A DNA stretch of 64,000 bases from Escherichia coli (GTDB lineage Bacteria > Pseudomonadota > Gammaproteobacteria > Enterobacterales > Enterobacteriaceae): NCBI RefSeq assembly GCF_045037415.1, contig NZ_CP173438.1; one strand, 5' to 3'. Both the position numbers and the translations under genes were made by a program. Below the pieces are notes generated by a model. That model worked only from the letters and a program-made list of their open reading frames with translations, did no database searches and was not told the DNA's origin. Of this stretch, positions 41,482-51,775 are shown one piece after another (the stretch's first letter is position 1; the number at the start of each line of letters is the position of its first letter).

Positions 41482-42786
41482 TCAGGTCGAAAATAATCCT
41501 GGCAGCATCAGACTAAGCTGCGGGAAATAACAAATAATTGCCATTACTACAAACAATGCCAGAAACATCGGCAGTAATGGTTTTATTGCCCTGTCGATAC
41601 TGACCTTACCAATGCTGCATCCCACAAACAGAATGGTGCCGACAGGTGGTGTGCAAAGGCCAATGGTTAAGTTGAAAACCATAATGATGCCGAAGTGAAT
41701 CGGATCAATCCCCAGATGCTGGGCGATCGGCAGGAAAATAGGTGTAAATATCAGGATCGCCGGCGTGATATCCATAAAGGTACCAACGATCAACAGAATG
41801 ATATTGATAATAAACAGAATGACCCATTTGTTATCCGAAACGCGGGTAATCAGTTCGTTGATCAACTCAGGAACATCAGCATTCGTCATGGCCCATGACA
41901 TCCCCATCGAGCAGCCTACCAGTAACAGAACAATTGAACTGGTTACTACCGAATCTAACAGAATATCATTGAGCTTCTTAAGAGTGATTTCCCGGTAAAT
42001 CATCGCCAGGGCTAAACTATAAATTACCGCAATTGCCGATGCTTCTGTAGGCGTAAATACCCCCGCGATAATACCGCCAATAATGATAAAAATAAGCATC
42101 AGGCTAGGAATTGATTCGCGGAATACCTGTAAAAACTGACGGTAATTAATGCGCTCGGCCACCGGATAATGGTGACGTCGGGCATAAAGTGCAGCTACAA
42201 ACATTAAGGCAACAGCGGTGAGGATGCCCGGCAGATATCCAGCTAAGAACAACGCAGCGACAGAAGTCCCGCCACTGGCAAGGGAATAAACAATCAACAC
42301 ATTGCTCGGTGGGATCATCAGGCCAATGGGGGCAGAGGCAATATTAACCGCTGCTGAAAACGCCGGATCATATCCCTCTTTTTCTTGCAGTGGTGACATA
42401 ATCCCACCTACCGCGGCGGCTGACGCAACGGCTGAACCTGAAATCGCACCAAACAGTGTATTCGCGAGGATATTACAATGAGCCAGTGAGCCAGGAAGAC
42501 GCCCAACTAATGCTTGCGCCAGGTTAACCAGTCGTCTGGCTATACCACCGGTATTCATAATGTTTCCGGCTAACACGAAGAAGGGAATGGCTAATAGCGT
42601 AAAGCCATCCAGCCCCACAGTCATCTTTTGCGAAATCACAGAAATGGCGGCATCGGGTGGTAAGGCAGTAATAATAGATAACAGCGAAGAAAGACCAATC
42701 GCAAAAGTAATTGGCACACCTATTGCCAGCATGACGGCAAAACTGCCAAATAAAATTAAGACGGGGTAGATATATTCAAAGTCCAT
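41482..42786 (-). CDS. TRAP transporter large permease subunit (DctM family), about 434 aa
   Basis: ORF 41482..42828; start chosen at the ATG preceded by GAGGGA; highly hydrophobic polytopic product. Confidence 0.8.
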   Translation of the reverse strand: MDFEYIYPVLILFGSFAVMLAIGVPITFAIGLSSLLSIITALPPDAAISVISQKMTVGLDGFTLLAIPFFVLAGNIMNTGGIARRLVNLAQALVGRLPGSLAHCNILANTLFGAISGSAVASAAAVGGIMSPLQEKEGYDPAFSAAVNIASAPIGLMIPPSNVLIVYSLASGGTSVAALFLAGYLPGILTAVALMFVAALYARRHHYPVAERINYRQFLQVFRESIPSLMLIFIIIGGIIAGVFTPTEASAIAVIYSLALAMIYREITLKKLNDILLDSVVTSSIVLLLVGCSMGMSWAMTNADVPELINELITRVSDNKWVILFIINIILLIVGTFMDITPAILIFTPIFLPIAQHLGIDPIHFGIIMVFNLTIGLCTPPVGTILFVGCSIGKVSIDRAIKPLLPMFLALFVVMAIICYFPQLSLMLPGLFST

Positions 42787-42796
42787 ATTTCCCTCG

Positions 42797-43279
42797 TTAA
42801 TGAAAATTCCGTTTACGATAGTTGTCAATAATATTCATTACTGAATACCAGACCAGAATAAGCCCACTGACAGGCATAACCCAATATACTTTATCCATTG
42901 GCCATTTTAATACTGGAGAGATTTGTCCAACATGTTGTGCTTTTTCAACAACAATATTCCCGCCATAGATCATGAAAATAACCGCAAAGACCGTAATAAT
43001 AATTTGGATAAAACTGTCAAGCGTCAGAACAGATGCAGCCGGAAGTTTTTGAGCCAACAAATCAATGGCCAGATGTTTTTTTAACCCCGCAGTATATACA
43101 CCGCCAAGTAAAATCATCCACATAAATAAAATCTGGGTGAACTCATCAAGCACAGTGCTGGGAGCGTTAAAAATAAAACGTGCAATAACTTGCCAGGTTA
43201 CGCAGAACACCATAATGGCGAGAATAATGCAGCAACATCCGGCAAGGATCTTATTAAGAATATGAGTGAGTGTTCGCAT
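42797..43279 (-). CDS. TRAP transporter small permease subunit (DctQ family), 160 aa
   Basis: 160-aa four-TM protein between DctP-like and DctM-like genes. Confidence 0.75.
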   Translation of the reverse strand: MRTLTHILNKILAGCCCIILAIMVFCVTWQVIARFIFNAPSTVLDEFTQILFMWMILLGGVYTAGLKKHLAIDLLAQKLPAASVLTLDSFIQIIITVFAVIFMIYGGNIVVEKAQHVGQISPVLKWPMDKVYWVMPVSGLILVWYSVMNIIDNYRKRNFH

Positions 43280-43320
43280 AAGTCTTCCATGAAAAGGCAG
43301 GAATTACCTGCCCATTAGGG

Positions 43321-44304
43321 TTACATACTTTCTACTAGCTCAAGGTTTTTGGCTGATTGTGCATCTTTCGCCTTGAATTCATCGTATAACGGTTTGACGC
43401 GTTCTTTGAAAGCGGATTTATCAACATCAACAACTGTTGCGTTCATCCCTTTCATTTTGTCGTAGGCTTCTTTTTCAGCCGCAGGCCAGATGACGTCCTT
43501 CATCTGCATCATTGACTCATCGGCTGCTTTTAATAATGCCGTGCGCTCTTTATCACCAAGTTTATTTAACACGTCGGTGCTGATAATTAACACATCAGGT
43601 ACCATGGTGTGTTCATCACGTGAATAGACTTTTGCGACTTCGGCGTGACGCATATCGGCATAGACAACGGTATTGTTCTCTCCGCCATCAACCACTCCTT
43701 GCTGAAGTGCGGTGTAGAGTTCGCCTTGCGCCATCGGGGTAGCGACACCACCGAGTGCTTTCATCATTGCAATGGCGCTGGGGCTTTGTTGAACCCTGAT
43801 TTTCATTCCCGCTAAATCTTCAGGTTTTGTAATCGGTTTATTGGAATAAAAACTTCTCGCACCGCCGTCATAGTACGTAATACCAACAAAACCTTTGCTT
43901 TCTGATGAATTAAGTATTTTTTTACCTAAATCACTTTGCAGAACACGATAATAGTGATCACGGTCGCGGAATAAGAACGGCAGACTGAAAAGGCTGTAAT
44001 CCGGAGCAAATGATTCTAGTGATGCAGCATTAACCTTAACCATCTGTAATGCACCGGAGTTCATTAATTCCAGTGATTCACGCTCATTACCTAATGTCGC
44101 ATTTGGGTAAATGCGAATAACTAATTCACCATTAGAATACTCTTTGGTTTTATCCGCTAAATAGCTTAATGCTTTATGGACAGCATGGCTTTTATCCTGA
44201 TTATGACTCAGTTTTAATGTTGTTTTTGCCAGTGTGGTATTAGATATTAATAAACAACTGGTTAACAGCATAAGCGATGCCGTCAGAGGACGAAGTGCTT
44301 TCAT
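43321..44304 (-). CDS. TRAP transporter periplasmic solute-binding protein (DctP family), 327 aa
   Basis: Signal peptide plus DctP-family composition; upstream of the dctQ/dctM-like genes. Confidence 0.85.
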   Translation of the reverse strand: MKALRPLTASLMLLTSCLLISNTTLAKTTLKLSHNQDKSHAVHKALSYLADKTKEYSNGELVIRIYPNATLGNERESLELMNSGALQMVKVNAASLESFAPDYSLFSLPFLFRDRDHYYRVLQSDLGKKILNSSESKGFVGITYYDGGARSFYSNKPITKPEDLAGMKIRVQQSPSAIAMMKALGGVATPMAQGELYTALQQGVVDGGENNTVVYADMRHAEVAKVYSRDEHTMVPDVLIISTDVLNKLGDKERTALLKAADESMMQMKDVIWPAAEKEAYDKMKGMNATVVDVDKSAFKERVKPLYDEFKAKDAQSAKNLELVESM

Positions 44305-44376
44305 ATCCTGCTCCTGGTTAATATAACAGAAACGATAAATACAGCGCTTTTCTATCGTTATAATAAAAAATAGTGA

Positions 44377-45387
44377 TTAATTCTCTGCCAGATAATGGAA
44401 TATTCCTGCCGGAACCGGAATACCTTCCTGTTGGCATTTTTCTTTGTAGTGCATTTGCGGATCGTTCGGCGCTAACACTTTTTCGACACCAGGAGCCGGT
44501 TTAACGGCATGCAGCTCCGTGACCATTTTCGCCATAGTTTTTGCAAAAACAGGATTGCCGAGCTTTTTCGGATCGATGGCAATAACCAAACTTGCCAGCT
44601 TACGCATCTTGTCATAATCACCATACATGCGAACAATATGGTTGCCAAAATTCGCATTCATCAGCACGCCAGTCAGTGCATCAATAGCCAGTGCAATGCC
44701 TGAACCTTTGTGTTGGCCGAAAGGTAGCAGGTTTTCAATCTTATACGGATCAGTGGTGCCATAACCGTTTTTATCTATCGCCAGTCCTTCACCAATATGT
44801 TTTCCGGTTTCCTTTGCATGAAGTATTTTGCCGAAAGCCGTGGCACTGGTCGCCATATCAACAATCATCGGATGGCTGTTTTCCACCGGGAAACCAAAGG
44901 CGATGGGGTTAGTTCCCAAAAAGCGCTCGGCGCCGCCATGGGGAGCCACACAGGTATCGGTTTGCGTCATTACGATAGCAACCAACCCTTTGTTGGTGAT
45001 CATCTCTGCAAAATAAGATAACGCACCACAGTGAGACGTGTTTTTAACGCTAACAAAACCGAGACCCTCTTGCTGGGCCAGTTTAATAGCGTGCTCAGTG
45101 GCGCTAATTAATGCGGAATGCCCCATTCCGTCGTCAGAGTCGAGAATGGCCACTGACGGTGAAATTTGCTCAATGCTAAACTGCGGGGCTTTATTTAACC
45201 CTCCGGCAGCAAGGCGGGTGCAATAATGTTCGACACGCATAACACCATGTGAATGCACACCGGTAATATCGGCATGTACTAAAACATCTGTCACCTGTTG
45301 TGTGGTGTCGGTATCCAGCCCGGCGGTATGTAATTTGTGGTGCACCAGTGATTTTAAATTTTCTTCACTGACATAAACAGTTGTCAT
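44377..45387 (-). CDS. Ldh_2-family NAD(P)H oxidoreductase (malate/L-lactate dehydrogenase-2 family; 2,3-diketo-L-gulonate reductase / YiaK-like), 336 aa
   Basis: Family recognised from overall sequence pattern (..GVHSHGV.., ..GTNPIAFG..); in operon with the TRAP genes. Confidence 0.7.
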   Translation of the reverse strand: MTTVYVSEENLKSLVHHKLHTAGLDTDTTQQVTDVLVHADITGVHSHGVMRVEHYCTRLAAGGLNKAPQFSIEQISPSVAILDSDDGMGHSALISATEHAIKLAQQEGLGFVSVKNTSHCGALSYFAEMITNKGLVAIVMTQTDTCVAPHGGAERFLGTNPIAFGFPVENSHPMIVDMATSATAFGKILHAKETGKHIGEGLAIDKNGYGTTDPYKIENLLPFGQHKGSGIALAIDALTGVLMNANFGNHIVRMYGDYDKMRKLASLVIAIDPKKLGNPVFAKTMAKMVTELHAVKPAPGVEKVLAPNDPQMHYKEKCQQEGIPVPAGIFHYLAEN

Positions 45388-45397
45388 ATTTGTTCCC

Positions 45398-46414
45398 TTA
45401 AAAAGTGATCACACCCTTGACCATATTTTTATTTTCTACAACGTTACGCTGGTAATCTTCGCCAACACTAAAGAAATTGAACGCCTGGTTTTTCATTAAA
45501 TTTTCGTGAATTTTATTGCTGCGCATCAGTTCAATCACCAACGCAAAATCTTCCCGTGTGGCATTGCGGCTGCTGAGTAACGTTGTCTCTTTTTTATGGA
45601 AGGTCGGATCGTCAATAACAAGTTCACCAATGTACAAACCGATGAAAACAATTTTGCCGCCATGACGAATAAGATTGACATCATGACTCATTGAAGCTTT
45701 ATTTCCCGTCGCATCCAGTACTACGCAAGCCAGTTCGCCTCCAAAGGCCTCACGAAGCGCGGCAATAAAATCTTCCTGTGTGGGATTGAAGGCATTAATC
45801 GCCAGATGATCCACAACGTGCTGGCGACGTTGACAGTCAATATCAGCAACAACAACATGTGCCCCTTTAGCCCGGGCGATGGCTGCGGTAGCCAGACCGA
45901 TTGGCCCAGCGCCAATCACCAGTACGTTTTGTTCAGCCTTGATCTCTGCCCGACGAACGGCATGTGCACCAATGGCGAAACATTCAACCAATGCTCCGGC
46001 ACTGTCGCTGACCTCGTCAGGGAGAGGCACAAGGTTGTCTTCACGTACCGCAAGGTACTCACTAAAACCCCCATCCTGATGCACGCCATACAGCGAAACA
46101 CGTTCGCAGCAGTTCGTTTTCTCTTCCCGACAGGCTGCGCACTCGCCACACGGAATGCATGGGATGACGGAATAGCGCTGGCCTGATTGTGCTGTTTGGC
46201 ACTGGCTGCCTCGCGAAACCGCTTCGGCGCATATTTCATGACCTAATACACGTGGGTAGCTAAAAAAAGGCTGTCTGCCGGCAAAAGCGTGAATATCAGT
46301 ACCACAAATACCCACAGCTTTTATTTTTAACAGCACTTCATTATCTGCTGGTGTGGGAATATCCTTTTCCACATATTCCATAACGCCAGGCTGCTGACAA
46401 ATTAATGTTTTCAT
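45398..46414 (-). CDS. Zinc-dependent medium-chain alcohol/polyol dehydrogenase (IdnD / LgoD / sorbitol DH-like), 338 aa
   Basis: Catalytic Zn motif GHE (..VLGHEICAEAV..), structural Zn cysteines (CIPCGECAACREEKTNCC), Rossmann GAGPIG. Confidence 0.8.
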   Translation of the reverse strand: MKTLICQQPGVMEYVEKDIPTPADNEVLLKIKAVGICGTDIHAFAGRQPFFSYPRVLGHEICAEAVSRGSQCQTAQSGQRYSVIPCIPCGECAACREEKTNCCERVSLYGVHQDGGFSEYLAVREDNLVPLPDEVSDSAGALVECFAIGAHAVRRAEIKAEQNVLVIGAGPIGLATAAIARAKGAHVVVADIDCQRRQHVVDHLAINAFNPTQEDFIAALREAFGGELACVVLDATGNKASMSHDVNLIRHGGKIVFIGLYIGELVIDDPTFHKKETTLLSSRNATREDFALVIELMRSNKIHENLMKNQAFNFFSVGEDYQRNVVENKNMVKGVITF

Positions 46415-47883
46415 TTCTGCTCATCCGATAATAATTGGCTGATGGTGGCCTTGATGCCTTTGTTTTTTATATTTGCAAAGGCGATTTTTATTTCATTTAT
46501 AAATGGCTGATGGTTGCTTAAATCACCAAATATGGCGCTAAGGTGCAGTAATGCGAGCGCCTGTTGCCATGCGTCTTGTTGTTCCTTTATTAGCGCCTGA
46601 AATTGTTCATTCATTGGATCCGCGACAGACTGGCTTTTCTCAACAGCTTCAATGACATAATGCAACCAACCAGCAACGAGCAGTGACAGAACAGCATTGT
46701 TTTGTTTTTGCTGATGCAATTTCAGCCAGGGCGTCAGCGCACGCTGGGGAAGCTTTTGTGAACCGTCCATAGCGATTTGCCCGGTACGGTGTGCAACATT
46801 ACGGTTGCTAAAGCGTTCAATTAACAGGTCGGCGTATTCCTGGGCGTCGATATTTAAGTCTGGATTAAGTGTTCGGGCTTGTTCATTAATCATCAGTTGG
46901 CGGGTAATGGAACGAAAATCAGCGTCTTCCATGCATTGCCAGATAAATTCATAGCCAGCCAGTGAGCCGTTATAGGCCAGAAATGAATGGCCACCGTTTA
47001 ACATGCGTAACTTCATCTCTTCATAAGGCTGAACATTGCTGACAAACATCGCGCCTGCTTTATCCCATTGTGGTCGCCCATGCACAAAATTATCTTCAAT
47101 CACCCACTGACGAAATGATTCGCAGACGATCCCGCAGGGATCGGCATAACCGGTTTTAGTTTCCAGTAAGGCGAATTGCGATTCGGTCATTGCCGGAACA
47201 ATGCGATCGACCATCGTGCCTGGAAATGAGACATTTTCTTCGATCCACTGAGCCAGGGGCTGGTCCAGTTGTCGGGCAAAACCGAGAACGGCATTTCGCG
47301 TCAGATGCCCATTGTCTGGCAAGTTGTCGCAGGAGAGCACGCTAAAAGCGGCGAGCCCTGCCGCTTTACGTTGTTGCAAAGCACAGACGATCAAGCCAAT
47401 AGCCGACTGAGGCGCATCCGGGTTTTGTAGATCGTGTTTGATTAATCCATTGGTGAGATCAAGCGATCGCGTTTGCGAATCGAGACAATAGCCTTTCTCG
47501 GTGATGGTTAATGAAACGATTTTTACCTGAGGTTCAGTCAATTTCTGGATTGCTGCGGCAATGCCATCCACGGGGGTATGAATACCGCCAGTTACCGAAC
47601 GCACAAGGCGTGAGGTAGATTGCGATGCAGATGTTTCCACAACCGAAAACAGCCCATTTTGCGCATTTAAGTTTTCGATCAGTTGAGCATCACCAAACAG
47701 GTTGATCTCAAAGATCCCCCAGTGGGTGTCAGAAAGCTGATTAGTGAGATCCGTGTAGACAGCCTGGTGTCCGCGATGAAAAGCGCCAAAACCAATATGG
47801 ACAATATCTGCCTGTAACCCGCCCCGAGGCCAGGTGGTTACCTGATCATAGTGGGCGGCATCGATACTTTCGTTCCCTGACAT
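46411..47883 (-). CDS. Mannitol-dehydrogenase-family oxidoreductase (fructuronate / tagaturonate reductase, UxuB / UxaB-like), about 490 aa
   Basis: ORF 46411..47919; start chosen at the ATG preceded by AGGAG; N-terminal Rossmann (VHIGFGAFHRGHQ) typical of long-chain mannitol DH family; 4-bp overlap with the next gene. Confidence 0.8.
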   Translation of the reverse strand: MSGNESIDAAHYDQVTTWPRGGLQADIVHIGFGAFHRGHQAVYTDLTNQLSDTHWGIFEINLFGDAQLIENLNAQNGLFSVVETSASQSTSRLVRSVTGGIHTPVDGIAAAIQKLTEPQVKIVSLTITEKGYCLDSQTRSLDLTNGLIKHDLQNPDAPQSAIGLIVCALQQRKAAGLAAFSVLSCDNLPDNGHLTRNAVLGFARQLDQPLAQWIEENVSFPGTMVDRIVPAMTESQFALLETKTGYADPCGIVCESFRQWVIEDNFVHGRPQWDKAGAMFVSNVQPYEEMKLRMLNGGHSFLAYNGSLAGYEFIWQCMEDADFRSITRQLMINEQARTLNPDLNIDAQEYADLLIERFSNRNVAHRTGQIAMDGSQKLPQRALTPWLKLHQQKQNNAVLSLLVAGWLHYVIEAVEKSQSVADPMNEQFQALIKEQQDAWQQALALLHLSAIFGDLSNHQPFINEIKIAFANIKNKGIKATISQLLSDEQK

Positions 47884-48205
47884 TATGCTCTTACTCCTGG
47901 TGGCTTGTGTGTATACCAATTTACATAATTCATTAGACCAAAAACAGAGAGATGCATCACGCTTGCAGAGAAAGGTAAAAGTACGAAACAGAACAACAAG
48001 GCGTTATTTATATCTGTATCAATGAGTTATATGAATAAAATGAAAGGAAAGTTTTTTAGAGGTCAGTTTTTAGGATAATTGCCGCTAATCTAAGATATCT
48101 GATGATAGTCGATTTATTAGACCAATTAAAAAGAGAGCGTGTACCAGTGGAGGGCGGAAGGCAGAGCCGGCGTTATTTTTTCCGCCAGCTCTGGACTAAT
48201 GAAGG

Positions 48206-48955
48206 TTAACGAGCGAAGAAAAAGTCATCAAAATCGCTGATGGAAGCGTCTTGTTTGAAGATTTTGATCAGTTCATTTTTGCTGTTTTCCAGATGTCTCC
48301 AGGACGCTTCCCTGGCGAGCTCTGAATCTTTCTGTTGCAGAGCCAGGAAAATAGCCCGGTGATCTTCCAGCCATTGCAGACGCAAATGCTTTTCATGCAG
48401 GTACTTGTAGTTAAGTTTCTTCCAGCGGGGGTTTTCTGTACGAACTGCCCGCCATAATTCAGCAGCTTGTTTGATGAGTACCCGATTTTGCGTCGCTTCG
48501 GCAATAATGCTATGAAATCGGTGATCCAGGTCTTCAAATTTATCACTTTCCGCAGCGATGGCTTTTTCCTGTAATCCAATGATTTTCTTCAACTCTTGTA
48601 ACTCGTTAAAGCTGATCTGGCTGGCAGCAAAACCGGTAATATTGCTCTCAATTACCTGACGTGCCTGTAACAGTTCAAACGGGCCAATTTCTGAATAGGG
48701 CATTAATGATTTCTGGTTGAGCTTATCGGTGGAGTCGACAAAGAAAATCCCTGACCCTTGCTTCACATTCAATACGCCTTTCAGTTCCAGCATAATGATG
48801 GCTTCACGAATGGTAGTTCGGCTGGTATTAAACCGCTCGCTCAGTTCACGTTCTGAAGGTAAGCGTTCTCCGGCCTTAAATACGCCTGAATACAGCAGCT
48901 CTTCAATCTGTAGACCAATATCGTAATAGCGGCGCTTTGTAATAACCTGTTCCAT
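48206..48955 (-). CDS. GntR/FadR-family transcriptional regulator, 249 aa
   Basis: N-terminal GntR HTH (..GERLPSERELSERFNTSRTTIREAIIMLELKGVL..) plus FCD-type C-terminal domain; upstream of the TRAP/oxidoreductase operon. Confidence 0.8.
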   Translation of the reverse strand: MEQVITKRRYYDIGLQIEELLYSGVFKAGERLPSERELSERFNTSRTTIREAIIMLELKGVLNVKQGSGIFFVDSTDKLNQKSLMPYSEIGPFELLQARQVIESNITGFAASQISFNELQELKKIIGLQEKAIAAESDKFEDLDHRFHSIIAEATQNRVLIKQAAELWRAVRTENPRWKKLNYKYLHEKHLRLQWLEDHRAIFLALQQKDSELAREASWRHLENSKNELIKIFKQDASISDFDDFFFAR

Positions 48956-49206
48956 ACCTTGCCTTACTGTGGGTGTCCTCGGATAGCCGATCGACGTGCA
49001 ATATGATTTGAACGTTGCTGAGCGGCATAAATAGTAGCGGCAGTTGCCACGATACCGCCAGCCTTAAATGTGCTTGCCCAAGTCGGGCAGTGAAAAACCT
49101 CACCAGGGTATTTCGCCACCGTTCATCAACATCACTTCATTTCCGCGCGTGATACAGCGTATAATCCCCGGCCTTTGATTATTTTTTTACCATTTCTGGA
49201 AGCAAA

Positions 49207-51426
49207 ATGAGCTCTATCTCCCTGATCCAACCGGATCGCGACCTGTTCTCCTGGCCGCAGTACTGGGCCGCCTGTTTTGGACCGGCACCGTTTTTGCCGA
49301 TGTCACGTGAAGAGATGGATCAACTAGGCTGGGATAGCTGCGACATCATTTTGGTTACTGGCGACGCGTATGTCGATCACCCAAGCTTCGGGATGGCGAT
49401 TTGCGGTCGTATGCTGGAAGCGCAGGGCTTTCGCGTCGGGATCATCGCCCAGCCAGACTGGAGCAGTAAAGACGACTTTATGCGTCTGGGTAAACCGAAT
49501 CTGTTTTTCGGTGTTACTGCTGGCAACATGGACTCGATGATCAACCGCTATACCGCCGATCGCCGTTTACGTCATGACGATGCCTACACGCCAGATAATG
49601 TCGCGGGTAAGCGTCCGGATCGCGCCACACTGGTTTATACCCAACGTTGTAAAGAGGCGTGGAAAGATGTGCCGGTGATCCTCGGCGGTATTGAGGCCAG
49701 CCTGCGCCGTACCGCGCACTATGATTACTGGTCGGATACCGTGCGCCGTTCCGTGCTGGTGGATTCGAAAGCCGACATGCTGATGTTTGGTAACGGTGAG
49801 CGTCCGCTGGTGGAAGTGGCGCACCGTCTGGCGATGGGCGAGCCGATTAGTGAAATCCGCGATGTGCGTAATACCGCGATTATCGTAAAAGAGGCGTTGC
49901 CAGGCTGGAGCGGTGTGGATTCCACCCGTCTTGATACCCCTGGGAAAATCGACCCAATCCCGCATCCGTATGGCGAAGATTTGCCGTGCGCGGATAACAA
50001 ACCGGTAGCTCCGAAAAAGCAGGAAGCCAAATCTGTAACCGTGCAGCCACCACGCCCGAAACCGTGGGAAAAAACCTACGTGTTGCTGCCTTCTTTCGAG
50101 AAAGTGAAGGGCGATAAAGTGCTGTACGCCCATGCTTCGCGCATTCTGCACCACGAAACTAACCCAGGCTGCGCCCGCGCATTGATGCAAAAACATGGCG
50201 ACCGCTATGTATGGATCAACCCGCCTGCTATTCCGCTTTCTACCGAAGAGATGGATAGCGTCTTTGCGCTGCCGTACAAGCGCGTGCCGCATCCGGCTTA
50301 CGGTAATGCCCGAATTCCGGCTTACGAAATGATTCGTTTCTCGGTCAACATTATGCGTGGCTGCTTTGGCGGCTGCTCTTTCTGTTCTATTACCGAGCAC
50401 GAAGGGCGCATTATTCAGAGCCGTTCCGAAGATTCGATTATTAATGAGATCGAAGCGATCCGCGACACTGTTCCAGGTTTTACGGGCGTGATTTCCGATC
50501 TCGGTGGGCCTACTGCCAACATGTATATGTTGCGCTGCAAATCGCCACGCGCTGAGCAAACCTGCCGTCGTTTGTCGTGCGTTTATCCGGATATTTGTTC
50601 GCACATGGACACTAATCATGAACCGACCATCAATCTCTATCGCCGTGCGCGTGATCTGAAAGGCATTAAAAAGATCCTGATTGCCTCTGGTGTGCGTTAT
50701 GACATCGCTGTAGAAGATCCGCGCTATATCAAAGAGCTGGCGACCCATCACGTTGGCGGTTATCTGAAGATTGCCCCGGAACATACCGAAGAAGGGCCGT
50801 TATCGAAGATGATGAAGCCGGGCATGGGCAGCTATGACCGCTTTAAAGAGCTGTTCGATACTTACTCGAAACAGGCAGGTAAAGAACAGTATCTGATCCC
50901 GTATTTCATCTCCGCGCACCCGGGTACGCGTGATGAAGATATGGTGAATCTGGCGCTATGGCTGAAAAAGCATCGCTTCCGCCTCGACCAGGTGCAGAAC
51001 TTCTATCCGTCGCCGCTGGCTAACTCGACCACCATGTATTACACCGGCAAAAACCCGCTGGCGAAGATTGGTTATAAGAGTGAAGACGTCTTCGTGCCGA
51101 AGGGCGACAAACAGCGTCGTTTGCATAAAGCGTTGTTGCGTTACCACGATCCGGCAAACTGGCCGTTAATCCGCCAGGCGCTGGAAGCGATGGGCAAAAA
51201 GCATCTGATTGGCAGCCGTCGCGATTGCTTAGTGCCTGCGCCAACTATTGAAGAGATGCGTGAGGCTCGTCGCCAGAACCGCAATACCCGTCCGGCGTTG
51301 ACTAAACATACGCCGATGGCGACCCAGCGTCAGACGCCTGCTACGGCAAAAAAAGCGTCGTCTACGCAATCTCGCCTGCAGAATGCTGGTGCGAAGAAAC
51401 GCCCTAAAGCGGCGGTTGGACGTTAA
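49207..51426 (+). CDS. ygiQ: Radical SAM protein YgiQ (UPF0313), 739 aa
   Basis: Radical-SAM cysteine motif (CFGGCSFC) and Lys/Arg-rich C-terminal tail. Confidence 0.9.
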   Translation: MSSISLIQPDRDLFSWPQYWAACFGPAPFLPMSREEMDQLGWDSCDIILVTGDAYVDHPSFGMAICGRMLEAQGFRVGIIAQPDWSSKDDFMRLGKPNLFFGVTAGNMDSMINRYTADRRLRHDDAYTPDNVAGKRPDRATLVYTQRCKEAWKDVPVILGGIEASLRRTAHYDYWSDTVRRSVLVDSKADMLMFGNGERPLVEVAHRLAMGEPISEIRDVRNTAIIVKEALPGWSGVDSTRLDTPGKIDPIPHPYGEDLPCADNKPVAPKKQEAKSVTVQPPRPKPWEKTYVLLPSFEKVKGDKVLYAHASRILHHETNPGCARALMQKHGDRYVWINPPAIPLSTEEMDSVFALPYKRVPHPAYGNARIPAYEMIRFSVNIMRGCFGGCSFCSITEHEGRIIQSRSEDSIINEIEAIRDTVPGFTGVISDLGGPTANMYMLRCKSPRAEQTCRRLSCVYPDICSHMDTNHEPTINLYRRARDLKGIKKILIASGVRYDIAVEDPRYIKELATHHVGGYLKIAPEHTEEGPLSKMMKPGMGSYDRFKELFDTYSKQAGKEQYLIPYFISAHPGTRDEDMVNLALWLKKHRFRLDQVQNFYPSPLANSTTMYYTGKNPLAKIGYKSEDVFVPKGDKQRRLHKALLRYHDPANWPLIRQALEAMGKKHLIGSRRDCLVPAPTIEEMREARRQNRNTRPALTKHTPMATQRQTPATAKKASSTQSRLQNAGAKKRPKAAVGR

Positions 51427-51431
51427 AAAAT

Positions 51432-51467
51432 ATCCCCGGTAACAGAATGCTGCCGGGGATTTTTTTA
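51432..51467 (+). terminator. Rho-independent terminator of ygiQ (ATCCCCGG...CCGGGGAT followed by TTTTTTT)
   Basis: 8-bp GC stem with 13-nt loop followed by a 7-T run immediately after the ygiQ stop. Confidence 0.6.
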
Positions 51468-51725
51468 TCATTCTGCGTACATACGCAAGCAGCGCAGGCA
51501 GTCGAAATAGTCCTGTGCATCAAGACGCGTATTGGCTCTGTTAGCTTCGGATTTGGCAGCATAGATTTGTGGGCGTAATGCTTTCATATCCTGCTCAAGC
51601 CGGGCGATTTTGGCATTTAATGTTTGCACATTGCTCGCCAGCTGATTGATCTTTTGCTCATTGACGCAGCCACTGAGCAAGCAGGTTGCCAGAACAACAG
51701 CTCCCACGGTGAAAATCGTTTTCAT
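51468..51725 (-). CDS. yqhH: Lpp-like outer-membrane lipoprotein YqhH, 85 aa
   Basis: Lipobox LLSGC then a coiled-coil heptad region resembling Braun lipoprotein. Confidence 0.85.
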   Translation of the reverse strand: MKTIFTVGAVVLATCLLSGCVNEQKINQLASNVQTLNAKIARLEQDMKALRPQIYAAKSEANRANTRLDAQDYFDCLRCLRMYAE

Positions 51726-51775
51726 ATAGTGTTCCCTTTTATTTATTGTTCCGGCTAATTGTTATTTAATTCAGC

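Noticed and set aside
49567-50784. 405-aa minus-strand ORF inside ygiQ
   Set aside because: Fully embedded antisense in the radical SAM gene; Arg/His-rich composition and no start context. Judged a shadow ORF.
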